Assembly (NCBI RefSeq): GCF_009914755.1
Contig: NC_060925.1
Source of the DNA: the human T2T-CHM13v2.0 reference genome, Homo sapiens
Length of the DNA: 64,000 nucleotides
Direction: 5' to 3' (one strand)
Positions 61,171 to 64,000 of this stretch are shown here, one piece after another. The notes beneath the pieces were generated by a model. It was not told the DNA's origin and did no database searches. It worked only from the letters and a program-made list of their open reading frames with translations. Position numbers and translations under genes: made by a program. Position 1 is the stretch's first letter. Every line of letters begins with the position of its first letter.

Positions 61171-62027
61171 AAATCCCCAGTCTGCACACTTAATTCTTAC
61201 TTCTTCCCATGGATGAAAATCTCTTTTTTGTGTGTCATATTTTATTACAAAGTGTGTACAATCATCCTCTAACCTGTGAGAGGAAGCAAGTAGTTTCTTC
61301 TAGCATGATAAATTTCCTACCTTGCTTTTACTGCATTGTGTGGCAAGCCAGGAATTTTGGGAGCAGTCTCATATACACACCTTGGGAAACAGAAGTCTGA
61401 AAATGTATTTTATTGATGCTGCAAACTACCAGCACTATTAAGTTTTATGGACAATCTGAACTAATAAACAGGACCTGTGATGGTATCATTATTAACAATG
61501 TTAAGAAGAAGCAGAACTCAGAATGAGAGAGTAGCTGCATTAGCCAAACACTGAAGAGTTAATATCGGAAAGGAGTACTTCTGGTAGGCACTGGAAGACA
61601 CTCGGTGTAGGGAGAGCAGAGACCCCAGCCTGTCAGCCAGCCACATGGCAGTGTTGGGAGGAGGGAGAAAATTAAACCAGAATGGTTAAGTCTTGATTGT
61701 TAAACCAGAGGCCCTCTGTATCCTGCTCCATTTGTAACCTCATCAGCTGTATACAAGCTAGGGCCTGGATTTTAAACCCCCGCCCCTGAGGAGACCAGAG
61801 ATTGTTCCAGTGTTGTAAAAGAAAGGCAATAAACTAAAACCTAGTCAGCAGAATTAATGGACCACACAGATAAGGATCTAAAATATGCATGGCCACAATT
61901 TTCAAGAAGATGCCATCTTATTTTCAAACAAAATTCAGACTTCCTTTTTTTTTTTAAAGAAATTAGCCACTGTATTCAAAAATATACATGGAAGAATAAA
62001 GGTCTATGAATAGTTTAGTTACTTTTA

Positions 62028-62373
<346 letters not shown>

Positions 62374-63056
62374 CTAGACACAATATAAGTACAAAGTCAT
62401 GATAATAATAATAATGAAACCAGTGTGGTATTCATCACAGATGAAAGAAAGATGACATAACAGAGAGCTCAGAAATAGACACAAACATGCAGTTATAAAC
62501 ATGTGTGTTAATTTGATTTATAATAAAGTTGAACTATAAATGATTTGGGGAAACACAGTTTGGTAGATAGCATCAGAATATTGAAAAAATAAGTTAAGGC
62601 CATATGCCACACATTAAATTAGTGAAAAGTAGAATTATTAAGAAGGAAAAAAAATCATGAGAATATAAGTGTTACCTGGAGGTAGTGGAAAATCATGTTG
62701 AGTATGACCCTAGGAGGATAAACTATAAAGGAAAGAAGGAAGGAAGGGAGGGAGGGAGGGAGGGAGGGAGGGAGGAAGGAGGGAGAAAAAAAGAAATTAT
62801 GGATTTGATTACATTACAATTAAAGGTTTATTTTAATGAAGAAATAGAGACAAAGTTAAACAGTTGTTGACTAATTCAGAAAAGATATTTACAATGTATA
62901 AAATAAATAAATATTCTAGATTGACATCTAGATTAGGGAAAGAATCCATGAAAATCAACATGGAAAAGACAGAAAATCCAGGGGGGAAGAAGAGGGCAAA
63001 GGAAAAAGTTTAAAACACTGACATTCCCAAAATTCAATACAATTTGCGGGGATATC

Positions 63057-63907
63057 CAGTAAGTCCTCACTTACTGTTGTCGGTAACTTCTTGGAAACTG
63101 TGACTTTAGGCAAAATGATGAATATTGGAACCAATTTTACCATAAGCTAATTGATATAAACAGGAGTTAAGTTGCTATTTCTGGCATATTTCTGGACACA
63201 AAAACATCACCAAATTTCTAAATAAAGGCCCCAAACACTTCTTATATTAAACATTGAAATAAATGTGAGCTATACATACGTATAAGAAAGATGAATAGAA
63301 ACAAGTAAAGTAATTATTTACTTAATTTTTGGTGAATCAGTGAGTTACAGCAGTCATAGCGGTCATGGGTTAAATCAAAGAATAAATGTTGCAAAGTGAA
63401 AGTTTTAATCAGGACGTCCTACCACTATGCAGCTCAAAAACAATCACAAATATGGCTCCATGAGGGCTTTTGTACCTCACTGTTTATTGTCGAGCATTTG
63501 TAGGATTATTGTATAGTTTACTAATTTTTATTTTAAAATAATTTGTATTCATTCATTCATTCATTCATTTATTTTCTAACTTGCATATTCCAATTCAGGG
63601 CATGGGTGGCCAGAGTCTATCCTGGCAGGATCCAACCCTGGACAGGATGCTATTCTATCACAGGGCACACTCACATACACACCCACGCCAGCCCATCCTG
63701 GAACAACTTCGACATACCAATTAACAGAACATGCACATCTTTGGGACGTGGGAGGAAACTGGAATATCTGGAGAAAATCCATGCAAACATGGAGAGAACA
63801 TGCAAATTCTGCATGGAGAGTGGTCTTGTGTGGGAATCCATTTGTTTTCTTATTACGGTTATTACAAAGTGACATTGAATTAAATGATGTTGTTCAAGGA
63901 CTTGCTG
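63057..63907 (+). mobile_element. MER6 (TcMar-Tigger non-autonomous transposon), near full length
   Basis: Terminal inverted repeats cagtaagtcctc... and ...aaggacttgctg|ta; about 850 bp; the internal sequence resembles recalled MER6. Confidence 0.82.
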
Positions 63908-64000
63908 TAAATGAATCTAAGAGGTGAGAAAAGTGATGGGTACAGGGATCAGGGATGAAAGGGGAAAGTCAATATCAACCAGCAAAGGGTCTTGATTGTG

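Overview
This is primate, most likely human, segmental-duplication DNA, not microbial; there are no CRISPR arrays, rRNA or tRNA genes. It reads as a mosaic of joined modules. (1) 1-4600: the 3' end of a truncated SRGAP2 paralogue (SRGAP2B/C/D type). Exon 9 (997-1194) reads through its donor into the VRECYGF stop tail, and the intron ends in an AluSp cut off at 4600. (2) 4601-13464: a pericentromeric-type block with a ~1 kb GC-rich CAAAAAG tandem array fused to a KSR1 exon 1 copy that has lost both ATGs. (3) 13465-14809: a GAAAT/GAT simple satellite. (4) 14810-20904: a full-length, inactive L1PA2-like element with an intact antisense ORF0 and non-matching flanks, suggesting a recombinant junction. 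(5) 20905-64000: AT-rich, gene-free sequence with old repeats, a 3'-amputated SVA-like head, nested LTRs, a near full-length L1MA1, a MER6 and a CTCF-like motif. The paralogue cannot be identified from this window. Repeat subfamily names come from recalled consensus sequences, not from a RepeatMasker run. No clearly new biological system is demonstrated; the best leads are the module junctions and a speculative in-frame SRGAP2-KSR1 splice.
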